The notes below the pieces were generated by a model. That model made no database searches. It saw only the letters and a program-made list of their open reading frames with translations, and was not told the DNA's origin. A program made the position numbers and the translations under genes. Positions 38,916 to 50,827 of a stretch of DNA of 64,000 nucleotides are shown here, one piece after another. The stretch covers positions 1 to 64,000 of the forward strand of contig CDMY01000421.1 of assembly GCA_001179505.1 (NCBI GenBank), read 5' to 3'. Each line of letters starts with the position of its first letter. Positions within the stretch are counted from its first letter, which is position 1. Source of the stretch: Vitrella brassicaformis CCMP3155 (lineage: Eukaryota; Protista; Chromerida).

Positions 38916-41900
38916 CTACAGGGGGTTGTTGTATAGCATCTGGCCCTTGTCCGTCTTGATGCGGGTGACCTTCCAGTGCTTCCGGGTGGCCTCCTTGCTG
39001 CGCTTCCAGAAGGACGCCAGCTGCTTGCCCGTCACACCCTCACGCAACTGCATGGACACAGCCATCAACCACACCACATCCATCCATCCATCCATTCGTC
39101 TGTCTGGTCTGTATCTTCTTCGCTCACCTGTTTGCCGTTGTAGTAGTCGTACTTGAGTCCTTTTGAGTCGATGACAGGCGCCTCCCCAATCTCCAAGAGC
39201 AGCTCCCCATACCCACTGTAGTCCATACCACCATAGACCATGCTGCTTGCACCACCCGCAGCAGCAGCAGCAGTAGACGGTGCCTCGGTCTCAGCTCTTG
39301 TTTTTCTCTTCCCACGCAGCTTTGGGGCTGCAGTGGGCTCAGCAGCTGCTGCTGTTGCTGTTGCCGCTGCTGCTGCTGCTGTGGGCTGTTCCTCCCTCTT
39401 TCTCCGACCTCTCTTGGGCTTGGGAGTCTCCTCCACAGCATCAGCTTCAGCAGCATCAGCAGGGTCAGTGGAGGAAACTAGCAAGGCCCGCCCGACTTTT
39501 CTCGGCTTGACTGGCTGTGGTTCTGGTGCTGCTGGGGGTGGTGGGGTGGGCTCGGCGGCTGCTTCCTCAGCTGCTGCTGGTGGTTGTGCTTGTGCTTGTG
39601 TGGGCTCTGTGGGCGGCATGGGTGCAGGTGGCTGTGTGAGGCAGTCTGCCCGCCACTGCTGCCATGTCTGCTGTGGGATGGTGAGGGTGCCCTTGGTGCG
39701 GTCGTCCACGGTAGGGCTGAGGGGGTGGGGGAAGTCGAGCTGCAGCACCGACTCGGCTGTGGGCAGGTACTTGCTGCCGGCATCGATGCGCAGATCAGGG
39801 AGCTTCCCAACCTTCACACACATCCATCCATCCATCCATACACACACAGAGAGGGCTGAATGAGAGCGTTTGTGTGGGTGTGTGCTGTGTGTTGCTGGTG
39901 TGTGGGTGTGATACCTGGTCCTCTGGCACCCTCAGCAAGAACTGCAGCACCGATCTCAATGTTGCGCGAGCCCAGTGCTTTGACGGTAAGCTCGACAGCT
40001 GCCCCCCCCCACACACACATCCACACGCACACCAGACACGCACTTTGCCATGCTCCCTCTCTCCTTCTCTGTGTGGGTGGCGTGTTCTTGTCAAGTCACC
40101 TCGACCAGCCCATTGCTGATAGGCGAGACCGCCTTCGCGCGCACCAGCCCGGCGTAGATGGTGTCGAGACACGGGAGCAACCGGGCCTCCTTTGCCGCCA
40201 GCATCCCATACCCCAGCAGCAGCATCTCCGCGTCCTTAGGCGACACTGCACGGCAAGCACTCAAAAACCCTTCGTCCATCCATCCATCCATCCGCCACAC
40301 ACGTTTGCACCTCACCGTTGCCGTCTGTGGTCATGATGCCGAAGGCGTCATCGGCGATGGCCTCCATGGTCCGCATGTGGTACTCCTGCAGGTCGAGCAT
40401 CTCCTGCTCTACCGCCGACCCAACCGTCCAAGCCACATAGCTCAGCTCACGGAGGGAGAAGAAGTCAACCCACCGAGGCTGTGCCGTGCCGGCCACAGGG
40501 GCGACGGGTGTTTGGCGGCCCGCGAACTGTCCGTCTTTGTCGAGGGGCTGGAGCAGGGCGCCGGCAGCGAGGTCGAGGAGGTCTTTGGAGAAGGCGCCCA
40601 CACGCGTGAGGGCGTGGAGGATGTTGGCGAAGTCGTCCTGGATGGGGAAAGGGGTCATGGGTGTGTGTGTGTGTGTGTGTGAGAGGGGGGGATGGGTGCT
40701 TACGGGGTGGATGAGTTGAGCGTTCTTGAGTCGCTTGACCACCTGTTCTGTGAGGGCCTCGAGCAGCTCCACAGACAGGACACTCTCTGATCCCTCCGTG
40801 CCCTCCGGCTGCAATCACCAACACGCACACACACACAGACAGATGGGGCGACCCATTCAGGCACCTATGTGTGTATGGTGCGGGCTGACCACGAGCAGAT
40901 CAAGGGTCGCATACGCCTGCAGCAAGTGCGCGATGCCCTGACCGCACCACCACACACACGCCGCATCCAAATTGTCTGATGTACCACCTCCCTCATCCCC
41001 CACCCGGTCGCTGATTTCATCCGGGAAGCTCTTGACCCTGGTCGAGATGGCGTCGAGCAGCGGCCGCGACGCCACGCCCGCCCGGCCAAAGGCGTAGGCG
41101 ATCTTCGCAAGCTCCTCGTGAGACGCCGCGCGAAACTTTGATTTCGACTGCAGCAACTCGTCAGCAATCCCTGCACCGCACCCACACACACGTACTTGTG
41201 GGTGCGTGTGTGGTGTGTGGGTGTCTCGGCTGACCGGTGAAGAGCTCCTGGATGATCGGGGCCGGTGTCGTTGCGTCAGCCTCATCCTTGTCCGCGAGAT
41301 ATGGCTGCAGCATGGCCATGCTCCACGCGAACCTCGCGAGCTCAGTGGGCGGGAAGTCGCCCAGCGTGCGCATCGCCGTCTGGGCGAGCATCATGACGAA
41401 AGGCTTGTCGACAGACAACTTGCCGGCGCGCCCGTAGCCCTCTGCGATTTGCGTGAGGTCCCGCGGGGTGAGCTTGCCCCTTTCCGCAAAGGATGTGACG
41501 AACGGCTTGGCCTCTTCGTACAGCGCTGGGTGATTCTCTGGCTCGGGAATCTGCACACACAGGCGGAGAGAGAGAGGGGGGNNNNNNNNNNNNNNNNNNN
41601 NNNNNNNNNNNNNNNNNNNNNNNNNNNNNNNNNNNNNNNNNNNNNNNNNNNNNNNNNNNNNNNNNNNNNNNNNNNNNNNNNNNNNNNNNNNNNNNNNNNN
41701 NNNNNNNNNNNNNNNNNNNNNNNNNNNNNNNNNNNNNNNNNNNNNNNNNNNNNNNNNNNNNNNNNNNNNNNNNNNNNNNNNNNNNNNNNNNNNNNNNNNN
41801 NNNNNNNNNNNNNNNNNNNNNNNNNNNNNNNNNNNNNNNNNNNNNNNNNNNNNNNNNNNNNNNNNNNNNNNNNNNNNNNNNGGAACAGCCGCGTGTCTAC

Positions 41901-42926
41901 GTGTTTGGGGGGGATTCTTACGCGTGCGAAGAAGAAGAGCAGGTGGCACAGGGCGCCCGCGTCAAAACGGTCTAACTGGGGGATGGCAAACAACTGCATC
42001 AAGTCAAACAGACTTCTCATCCTCTTTAGCGGCACCACACCGGTCCCCACAACGGCCAACGAGCGAGCCAGGTTCGACAATGTCAGCGGCGTAAACGGCC
42101 CCCCTTCTCCGCCCTCTGGGTTTTCCTCGACCAGCAGAAAGGCCAACCGATCAGCGACGGGGCTCAAGAAGGAGGCGTCCCGAATGCGAAGAGCCGCGCA
42201 TGCTGCCAGCACGTTCGTCACGTCTAGCACGGATGCAACGCCAAGATTGTCGATGAAGTTGCGCTGAACCGCTTTGATAAGTTCCGGTGGGCAGCCGCGC
42301 AGCCTGGCCATGGCCTGCAGCAGGTTGGAGCCTTCTCTCGGCGTGAAGTCGCTTATCGTGTCGAGGGCCTCCCGCACAATGAGGCTGGTGATCTGCGGGT
42401 CGTCGATGCGCAACTTGCTCAGTGACCAGGCGAAGTTGCTCAGCTGAAACGGGCTGAGAGTGCCCTTCTCCTCCAGGTACTCGACAGCCAATTCGAGCAG
42501 CTTCTCGAACCGCCAATCCTCCAGCAATTGCGCGCCCGTCATGCCTGTGTTCTTGGCGATCCTGAACAAGGCCGTGATGACGTTCACCTCGTTGAAGTTC
42601 TCGAACGACTGGTCGACGATGTCGAGGATTCGCCCGAGAGTGCTCGCCTCATGAATCATCTGGTTGATCTCTCCTGCCGCCACGACCGGCTTGATGCCCT
42701 GGGCAGGTGACGAGGACGACAGCCGTGTGTTTGTGGCCGGTGTTGGTGTGATGGCGATGGATGTGTGCCGTCTTGCTGAGACGATGGGAGGCGACAGGAA
42801 GGCGGAGAGGGAGTGCCGCTCGATGATTTGCTGACGTCGAAAGGCATGGTTGAGAGGGAAGACTAACGCCACCAGAACGGTGAGGACGGTGATCATCATG
42901 GCAGCAGGGTGCTGCGTGATGAACAT
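38916..42926 (-). CDS. Plastid-targeted alpha-helical repeat protein (OPR/HPR/FASTK-RAP-like RNA-binding family), spans one N gap
   Basis: Signal peptide MMITVLTVLVALVFPLNHA then F at +1. Repeated helical units (FQLSNFAWSLSKL, EGSNLLQAMARL, TELARFAWSMAML, ELAKIAYAFGRAG, DFANILHALTRVG). C-terminal Pro/Ala/Lys-rich linker and a short LLLEIGE...KHWKVTRI segment; stop TAG 38916-38918. Confidence 0.75.
41582..41881. other. Assembly gap (300 N)
   Basis: N run preceded by a G run. Confidence 0.99.
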
Positions 42927-43023
42927 GGGCTGTTGTGGATGAGTTATAAGATGGCCGATGGATCCGGTCAGCCAGGCGTCATGATCAGCACAAGATCTTG
43001 CATTTCAGTCCCTCTTCCTCTTA

Positions 43024-43033
43024 AGCTCGCAAA
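43024..43033 (-). promoter_or_regulatory. TTTGCGAGCT candidate promoter motif (helical-repeat/F-box divergent promoter)
   Basis: AGCTCGCAAA on the + strand; 98 bp and 146 bp from the two ATGs. Confidence 0.55.
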
Positions 43034-43178
43034 TGTGCGATCGCTTGAGGAAGGTTGGCACCTTCTGTCCATCGGCGAGAGCCCATTTCACACGCTGGTG
43101 GAGTCCGAGGACACATCCTTGTCCAATCACGTGAGATAATCGATATCGCTCTCCGTTTGGTCGTGCAAGTCTGCGCAG

Positions 43179-44138
43179 ATGCGCCGCGTCAGGGCCAATA
43201 TCAAGGCCAAGCGCGGTGCCGCCCGTCCCCCTCATGGCGCCAGCAGCACGGCCGCCATTACATCGCCGCAGCTGAGCATGGAAGCGGTCGTGGAGGTCAT
43301 GAAATATCTGCCCAGTGGGGCTGATGTGGGACGGGCGGAGCGGGTGTGTCGGGAGTGGCGGGAGGCATCGCGGGTGGGCAAGCACCACGTGTGGGAGGCT
43401 CGGGTGGATGAGCACAAAGCCAAGATCGGCAATGCACGGTACGCTCAGCAGAAGCCATGAGTCGGAGATGGCTCACTCGGCGTCCATGGGGGTGTGAACG
43501 CCTGTGTGTGAGGGTCGTGCAGGCTGACGTATGGCATGAGGGCTGGAGGCCGGTTCGACCACGGGAGCAGCAAGGAGCAGTACGTGGCCGCTGCGTGCAC
43601 CGAGTGCGGTTCGCTGGCCACATATGAGCTGAGTAAGTCTGTCGCAATCAATAGCACACTCGTGTGTGTGTGCGTATGGTCACCTGCCTCTTTGTGTGTG
43701 CTGCCGTGTGTGTGCAGGTAAGTACGGCATTCGGCTGTGCGAGCAGTGTGCGCAGGTAAGCCGAGCTAAACACACACACACACATTGATGGATGGATGGA
43801 TGGATGGGCGTGTGAATGGTCCTCCCATACACACGTGTTTGTGTGCAGGCCGAAATGAGTGACGAGACGACGTTCCCCAAGTGCCGGAAGGACCTGCACC
43901 TTTTCGCAAAACTCAACGTAGGCAATGCAGCCCACACCCATTGCTGGTGTCTGTGTGGCTACATGGCGTGTATGTGTGCCGTTTGTGTGTCCAGAAGGCG
44001 TTGTGTCCGCTGGGCGGCGTCCGTTGTGTGGGCAGCATGATGGCCATCACCCCCACTCCCCCCGCCAGGCAACGAGCCAACCGACGGCCCCGCCGCCGCG
44101 CCCAGATGACCGGCGGCATGATCGAGCTCTCGCCCTGA
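43179..44138 (+). CDS. F-box-like protein with a C4 zinc finger
   Basis: LSMEAVVEVMKYLPSGADVGRAERVCREWREA is F-box-like. Spliced CTECGSLATYELS|KYGIRLCEQC gives C-x2-C-x15-C-x2-C. All four GT-AG introns keep the frame. Confidence 0.65.
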
Positions 44139-45213
44139 CCCACTCAAGTGTGCACAATGGATGGGTGGTTGTTCGGTGGTGGGCGGCCATGTGATGTGTT
44201 GCGACCGATGGACTCACTTTCCTCGATATGGGTAACCATATGCCGGCACTGATGTACAGCGGGTGGGTCCTTGGCGGGGCTGCATGTCAGTGTGTGGACG
44301 TGTGGATGTGGCTGCCTCAGTGGTGGGATGAGTGAGACTCGCGTGTGATGGTGTGCAGATCCGTGTGCATGGATCCATCTGCATGGGCCGTCTTCTCTCG
44401 TCTGTCAATGATTGACACATCGCCATCGTGTGTGCAGCCATGGTTTCTGTACCGACACACCCACTCAGACAGACAGACAGGTCTTCATGACTGAAAACAA
44501 ACAACGGCATCATCGCGTGAACCAGCCACACTCACGGCAACAACGTTTCCACCCTTGTGCACACCTGAGTCAGCACACGGCAACCCGAAAGCGACAACAC
44601 GTCATCTGTGCTGGCCCTCTCATGTTGCCACACACCGGCCGAAGTGCACGCGAGAGAGAGATGGAGACTACAGGGAGGAAAGACCAAACAGGAAGATGAG
44701 TGTGGGTGCGCAGACAGCGGAACACACAGAATGCCATGCCATGCCATGCCATGCCATGCCATGCAGGCCAGGCCCGTGTGTACATGTAATATGTGTCGGG
44801 TGATATGTACAAATACGTATACACATACACATACACATACACATGGACATGAAACGATCGCACACAGGTTTGCCGCAATTCGCCGACGCAGACAACCGAC
44901 AGAGGGAGGGACACTTGAACGAAAAATCGTCCGCTCCCAAGACCTCTCTCTGTTTGCTTCTGTCTGTCTGTCTGTTCACTGCCAGTCTGTGCATCTCGCC
45001 CCACCGCCGACGCTCGCGTATGAGTCATGCCGTCGACACACACACGGACGTTGGCTGTGAGCATGACACAAGCAGGCAAAGAATCTGACCAAGCAGACCA
45101 ACGGACAGTCGTATGTGCGGATGGATGGATGTGACCCTCTCTCTCCCTCTCTCTTACAGTTATGCCTCTTCGGTGTGTGTGTGTGTGTGTGTGGTTCGCC
45201 TGTCTGTCTGTGT

Positions 45214-45273
45214 GCCGGCCGTGTGTGACGGCTGCATCAACGAGAGATGGCAACACTCTTGTGAGCACACGTC
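45214..45273 (+). repeat. Dispersed repeat core, copy 1
   Basis: GCCGGCCGTGTGTGACGGCTGCATCAACGAGAGATGGCAACACTCTTGTGAGCACACGTC; related copies at 46021-46079 and 53256-53315 (minus). Confidence 0.8.
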
Positions 45274-46020
45274 CCACAATCCCAACTGACAGACACGGCG
45301 AGCGAACGACACCACAGCAAAACACAGCACAGCACAGCACACAGATGCATCAGCAGCCAGCCACTCGATCCTCATTTCTGTCTGTCAGCCGTCACTGTCA
45401 TTCGCTCTCCACCTCCAACTCACCGGCCGACACACCGTAGTCGTCAGTGGGCAGCTGACGAGTTCGAGGCCGAGTTCGTATGACAGTGCAGCTGCAGCCA
45501 GACAGCGAGGCAGCGACCGGTACAAAACCAGCACCATGCACACATACGAATACACAAGCAGACAGACACAAGTGAGAGAGACAGAGAGAGAGGACACTTG
45601 CAGGTTCTCCCCCATTTCCACGCCCTCCCTCCCTCTGTCTTGCCTGTCTATTTGTCTATCTGTCTGTCTGTCTGTCTCACTCTCATCACCGACACACATA
45701 TGAACGTCAGCAGACAGGGATACTGACGAAATCCCATATATATCTCTTCCAGTGTGTGTTTGTGTGTGTGTACTGTCCATCCGCCCACACAAAACACATG
45801 AATGATACACACATCAATGCGCGTATTCATGTCTCGGTGTCTCGTCCGCCTTCACTACAAAACACGCGGCATCCATCAACACGGTGCCACCGCACACGAA
45901 CGACAAAAAAGCACAGTCACGGTCTTTCCCATCCCGCTCCCCAACACGGCCATCAACAGGTGCGCAGCCAGCCAGTCAGCCAAACCATATGTGTGAGTGT
46001 GCTGCTCTGCCGTCTGTCTG

Positions 46021-46079
46021 ACGGCCGTGTGTGACGGGTGCGGCAACGAGAGATGGCAACACTCTCGATAGCACACGTC
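46021..46079 (+). repeat. Dispersed repeat core, copy 2
   Basis: ACGGCCGTGTGTGACGGGTGCGGCAACGAGAGATGGCAACACTCTCGATAGCACACGTC. Confidence 0.8.
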
Positions 46080-46425
46080 ACACCCAGCTCTCCAAGACCG
46101 AAAACGAACCACAGCTCAGCAACAGCACAGCGCAACGGCATGCCCATAACGACTTGCTGATGATAGCCGGAGAGTTTTGCTGGTGATGGGCAGAGGGCAG
46201 CCGAGCACAGCAGGGAGGCGGGGGAGGGAGATCTGCATCTCGAAGGCCGGGAGGGGTCTGGTAATCCAACCTGCACGCCAGGAACACAGAGGAAGATGCA
46301 TACCTGGATAGATAGATAGATAGATAGGGTGTTCAGTGCATGTGCCTGGTACCCTGCTGTTGTGCACTCCTGCTTCTCCTCGACACGTGCAGGATGGTGG
46401 GCTGGCCGTGGACGCTCAGGTAGTT

Positions 46426-46479
46426 GTTGCCACGCCTGTCCAACAGGCACAGGCGTGCCTGTCGGACAGGCGTGGCAAC
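46426..46479. repeat. Nested 25-bp inverted repeat (hairpin/cruciform)
   Basis: GTTGCCACGCCTGTCCAACAGGCAC-AGGC-GTGCCTGTCGGACAGGCGTGGCAAC, one mismatch; each arm is itself palindromic. Confidence 0.9.
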
Positions 46480-46538
46480 GAGTATCTGGGCATCCACGCC
46501 CGCCCACCATCCTGCATGGCCCCTCCGCCCACTTGAGA

Positions 46539-46546
46539 AGCTCGCA
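46539..46546 (-). promoter_or_regulatory. TGCGAGCT candidate promoter motif upstream of PGDH
   Basis: AGCTCGCA on the + strand, 132 bp upstream of the ATG. Confidence 0.5.
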
Positions 46547-46677
46547 GTTTTAGAGAAGGCTCCGTGAAACCGCTCTCTCGAGAAGGTGAAGTTGCGACGA
46601 GGACTCATTCCGAGAGGCCAGCCAGCCGATTGACTGGTGACAGTCGAGATCTCAGCTTGTGATCAATTGCCGCACTC

Positions 46678-47900
46678 ATGGCGAGGTGAGCAACACGCAC
46701 CACAACAGACGCCACAGGCAGGCAGATCTATCAGCGGGGCGGCCTCTGCATCGCATCTCATCTGTGAATGCCGTGCTCTGTCTGCCAGTCACGGCCTCTC
46801 TGTGCGCATTCTTGAATCATGTACTGTGTGTATTTGTGGCGATGTGTGTGTGTGCCTGTGTCTGTGTGGCTCATCAGCAGTCGGTTCAGGGTGTTGGTGT
46901 CCGACCCCATCGACAGTGCAGGGGTGGACATCCTCTCCACCGTCGCTGAAGTCGACATCAAAACCAAACTCACAGGCACGCACTCAAGTCACTCACACAA
47001 TCATGGCACAATCACTCTCCCTCTGTGTGTTGCGTGTGCCATCCATCCATCGATCCGTCAGAGGATCAGCTATGCGAGATTATCGGCCAGTACGACGCCC
47101 TGATGGTCCGCAGCGGCACGCAGGTCACTGATCGCATATTGGCCAGGGCCGCCAGGCTCAAGATCGTCGGCCGGGCGGGCGTGGGGGTCGACAATGTGCA
47201 CGTCAAGGCAGCCACCGACAAGGGCATATTTGTCGTCAACTCGCCTCTCGGAAACATGTAGACAGACAGACAGGCAGAGACGATGCAAAGAATGTGTGTG
47301 TGTGTGTTTCTGTTAGAGTGGCTGCTGCTGAGCACACCTTGGCGATGATGTTTGCCCTTGCCCGCAACGTGCCGGCTGCCGACGCGAGTGTGCGTGCGGG
47401 CAAGTGGGAGCGGAACAAGTTCATGGGGTCACAGCTGCAGCACAAGATACTTGGCATCGTCGGGCTAGGGCAGGTGTGCATGTGCGCCAGTCTGTCTGGT
47501 GCGGCCAGACAGAAAGAGAGCCGACAATGTGTGTGTGTGTGTGTGTAGGTGGGCAGCCATGTGGCCAAGGTGGGGAGGGAGATGGGCATGAAACTCGTGA
47601 CTTATGACCCTTACGTCAACACACAAAAGGTAACCATGCACACACACACACACACGCGCAGTTTCTCAGGATGCGCCCATCCATCCGTGTGTCCGTGTGT
47701 GTGTGTGTGTGTGTGCCCATATATAGGCTGAGGCGCTGGACTGTTCGGTCGTGAGCATGGAGGAGCTCTTTCGGCTGAGTGACTTCATCACGCTGCACGT
47801 GCCGCTCATCCCCGAGACCAAGGCCATGATCAACGCGGAGACACTCAAGCACATGAAGCCCACCGCACGAATCATCAACTGCTCCAGAGGTCACTACACA

Positions 47901-47938
<38 letters not shown>

Positions 47939-49764
47939 CGTGTGTGTGTTTTGCTCCAGGTGGTGTGATAGACGAGAAGGCACTGAGCGAGGCTCTGCAG
48001 CAAGGCAGACTCGCAGGCGCGGCATTAGGTGGGACTCACACACACACATCCACACCTGCCTGTCTGTCTGTCTGTCTGTTTAATGATACAGATGTGTTTG
48101 AGGACGAGAAGGCCTTCCCCGCCGACCACCCCCTCCTCAACTGCCCCAACGTGGTCTTGACGCCACACCTTGGTAGACACACACACGGAGAAAGAGATTG
48201 ATTTACTGGTTGTGATGTCGATCTGTGCAGGTGCGTCGACACACGAGGCGCAGGTCAACGTGGCCGTCGACGTGGCGCAGCAGATCAAGGAGACCCTTTT
48301 AGGAAACCTGCCTCAATCAGCCGTCAATATACCGGTCTGTCTGTCTGTCTGCCTGGCTGCCTTTGTGTATGTCCACCGAACCTACTGCACGTTGCGCTGT
48401 GTGTATGTTGTATGTGTCCACCCAGGGCCTGCGAGCGGCCGAGTTGCAGCAGCTGCTGCCTCTGCTGACGTGCTGCGACACGCTGGGCAGACTGGCGGTG
48501 CAGCTGCTCTATGGGCCAATGGAACGAGTGAGTAGGCGGCCCGCCACACATCTGATCTGCCCCCCTTCCCATCCACACGTGTGTATGTGTGTGTGCATCT
48601 AGATCACTGTTGTGTTGGAGGGCGACTACGCAGCCGAGAGGGGGGAGCCCCCGCTGCTGGCAGTGGCCAAGGTCAGTGCAGTGGGGGCGAGGCGTACTCA
48701 CCGCACATTCGTTGGGTGTGTGCCAGCCCAGCACGTGTGTATGTTGGGATGGATGGATGGATGTGTGTGTGTGTGTGTGTGTGTAGGGTGCGTTGGGGTT
48801 CCATACGGACCGTCCTGTCAACTTCGTCAACGTGCGGCAGGTGGCTGAGCTCTTCAAAGTCGCCCTCACCGTGGCAAAAGGTACACACACACACGCACAT
48901 CCATCCACCCCTCTGTGTGTGGGTGTGTGGATGCGCTCACACAGAGGAGCACCACGCCAAGGCGGGAGTGCGTGTCGAGTTGAAGAGCAAAGAGGACCAA
49001 ACTTCGCTCAGAGGCACACACACACACTCACACTCACACTCACACAGAGAGAGAGGGGCATACACACATGGATATGTGTGTGTGTGTGTGTGTGTCGACA
49101 GGCACGATAACAGACGAGGGCAATGTGCTGCTGACGTCCTTCAAGGGCGTCAGCATGTACATGCTGCTGCCCGTCATCGGACTCCGCAAACAGTTTTTTG
49201 TCTACACACAACACGAGTGAGGCGAGGCGGCCAACTGTGGCCTCACCACACCTGACTGACCTGCACACACCACCACATCCATCCATCCATCCATCCGTTG
49301 GATACGCCTGTGTGTCTGTTCTGTGGGTGCATTGCATTGAATTGATTGATCAGCGACACGCCGGGTGCGTTGTCTCTCATCTGTGGCATGCTTGGCGAAC
49401 ACGGCCTCAATATAGGCGACATGCACCTGGGTGACTACACACACACACAGACAGACAGACATGGGATGGGTGCATCCCTACCTCTGTGTCTGTCTGTCTG
49501 TCTGTCTGTCTTGGTGTGTGTGTGTGTCTGTGTGTGTGTGTATCAGGTCGCACCGAGAGCTGTGGTGTGTGCATATCGTCGATCGACTCTCCGCCCTCAG
49601 ACACATTCGCAGACGCACTCAAGAGGAGACAACCACCAATACGAGTGAGTATGGGTGGTTGGATGGATGGATGGATGGATGGATGGATGGAACGATGTGC
49701 GCGTCAATCAATCAGCGTCTGTCTGTCTGTCTGTTTGCAGGAGTACCGGATCTTCAGCCTCTGA
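46678..49764 (+). CDS. PHGDH: D-3-phosphoglycerate dehydrogenase, long type I form (ASB + ACT domains)
   Basis: [61 protein letters not shown]|[20 protein letters not shown]|[12 protein letters not shown], and ACT-like [26 protein letters not shown]. Confidence 0.95.
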
Positions 49765-50056
49765 CCCCCCCTCCCTCCTCTCCGTCCTTCGTACGCTCCA
49801 CACATACAGATGCCTGCCTAGGCCTGTGTGCTTACGTCTTCGTGTGAACGGACTGCACCGCACCGTACCAGTGCAGTGCAGTGCAGTGCGTCTGTCTGCC
49901 ATGGGTGTGGTGCATCTAGCTATGTATATTTTTGACGTGACGATCGTACGTAAGTCGTGATTGGGTGGCTGGTTGGGTGGCTGGGGAGTGTGCGGGCCGT
50001 GGTTTTAGAACTTCAGGGATGCAGAAGCGGCGAGGCGAGACGAGGCGAAGGCCCCC

Positions 50057-50356
50057 NNNNNNNNNNNNNNNNNNNNNNNNNNNNNNNNNNNNNNNNNNNN
50101 NNNNNNNNNNNNNNNNNNNNNNNNNNNNNNNNNNNNNNNNNNNNNNNNNNNNNNNNNNNNNNNNNNNNNNNNNNNNNNNNNNNNNNNNNNNNNNNNNNNN
50201 NNNNNNNNNNNNNNNNNNNNNNNNNNNNNNNNNNNNNNNNNNNNNNNNNNNNNNNNNNNNNNNNNNNNNNNNNNNNNNNNNNNNNNNNNNNNNNNNNNNN
50301 NNNNNNNNNNNNNNNNNNNNNNNNNNNNNNNNNNNNNNNNNNNNNNNNNNNNNNNN
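50057..50356. other. Assembly gap (300 N), intergenic
   Basis: N run flanked by C homopolymers. Confidence 0.99.
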
Positions 50357-50755
50357 CCCCCCCCCCCCCCCCTCTTGCAGCTGTATGTGGGACACCCTAG
50401 CATGTGCGTAGGAAGGAGTATTGGTTGGTCGGCCGATCGGTAGTGTGTTGTGTGTGACTTGGGCGATATGATGTGATGCGATGCGATGCGATGCTGGTGT
50501 GTGTGTTGATGAGTCGGTTGTCAGTCGATGTGACTTGGGGTGATGTAGCTTGCAAGGCAACCCCGGTGTTTGCCATGTGAATGCCGGATGGATGAATGTG
50601 ATTTTCCCCAGGGAGGATCCCGTGCGTACCGAGACCTGTCACCATTCACACCGAACGAAACACGCCGGGCGATGTGTTCGACCGTTCCTCTTTTCAGAGA
50701 GAGCGGTTTCACGGGATGTCCTAAGCGGCCTCACGGCCAAGTCCTCTTTTCCACC

Positions 50756-50763
50756 TGCGAGCT
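50756..50763 (+). promoter_or_regulatory. TGCGAGCT candidate promoter motif upstream of the BBOX-like gene
   Basis: 65 bp upstream of the ATG. Confidence 0.5.
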
Positions 50764-50827
50764 TGGCTTGCAGAACCGCCGTGCAGATCTTCCGTGTTCA
50801 CGGCTCGTCCTCTCTCTGTCTGTCGAA

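Noticed and set aside
45214-45273. Repeat core as a self-cleaving ribozyme or snoRNA
   Set aside because: GGCAACA recalls HDV-like ribozymes, but I could not build the nested pseudoknot, and no hammerhead core or C/D or H/ACA boxes are evident.
44200-46400. Possible exons in the F-box to PGDH intergenic region
   Set aside because: No consistent frame across candidate splice sites; dominated by simple repeats such as (ATGCC)n and the dispersed element.
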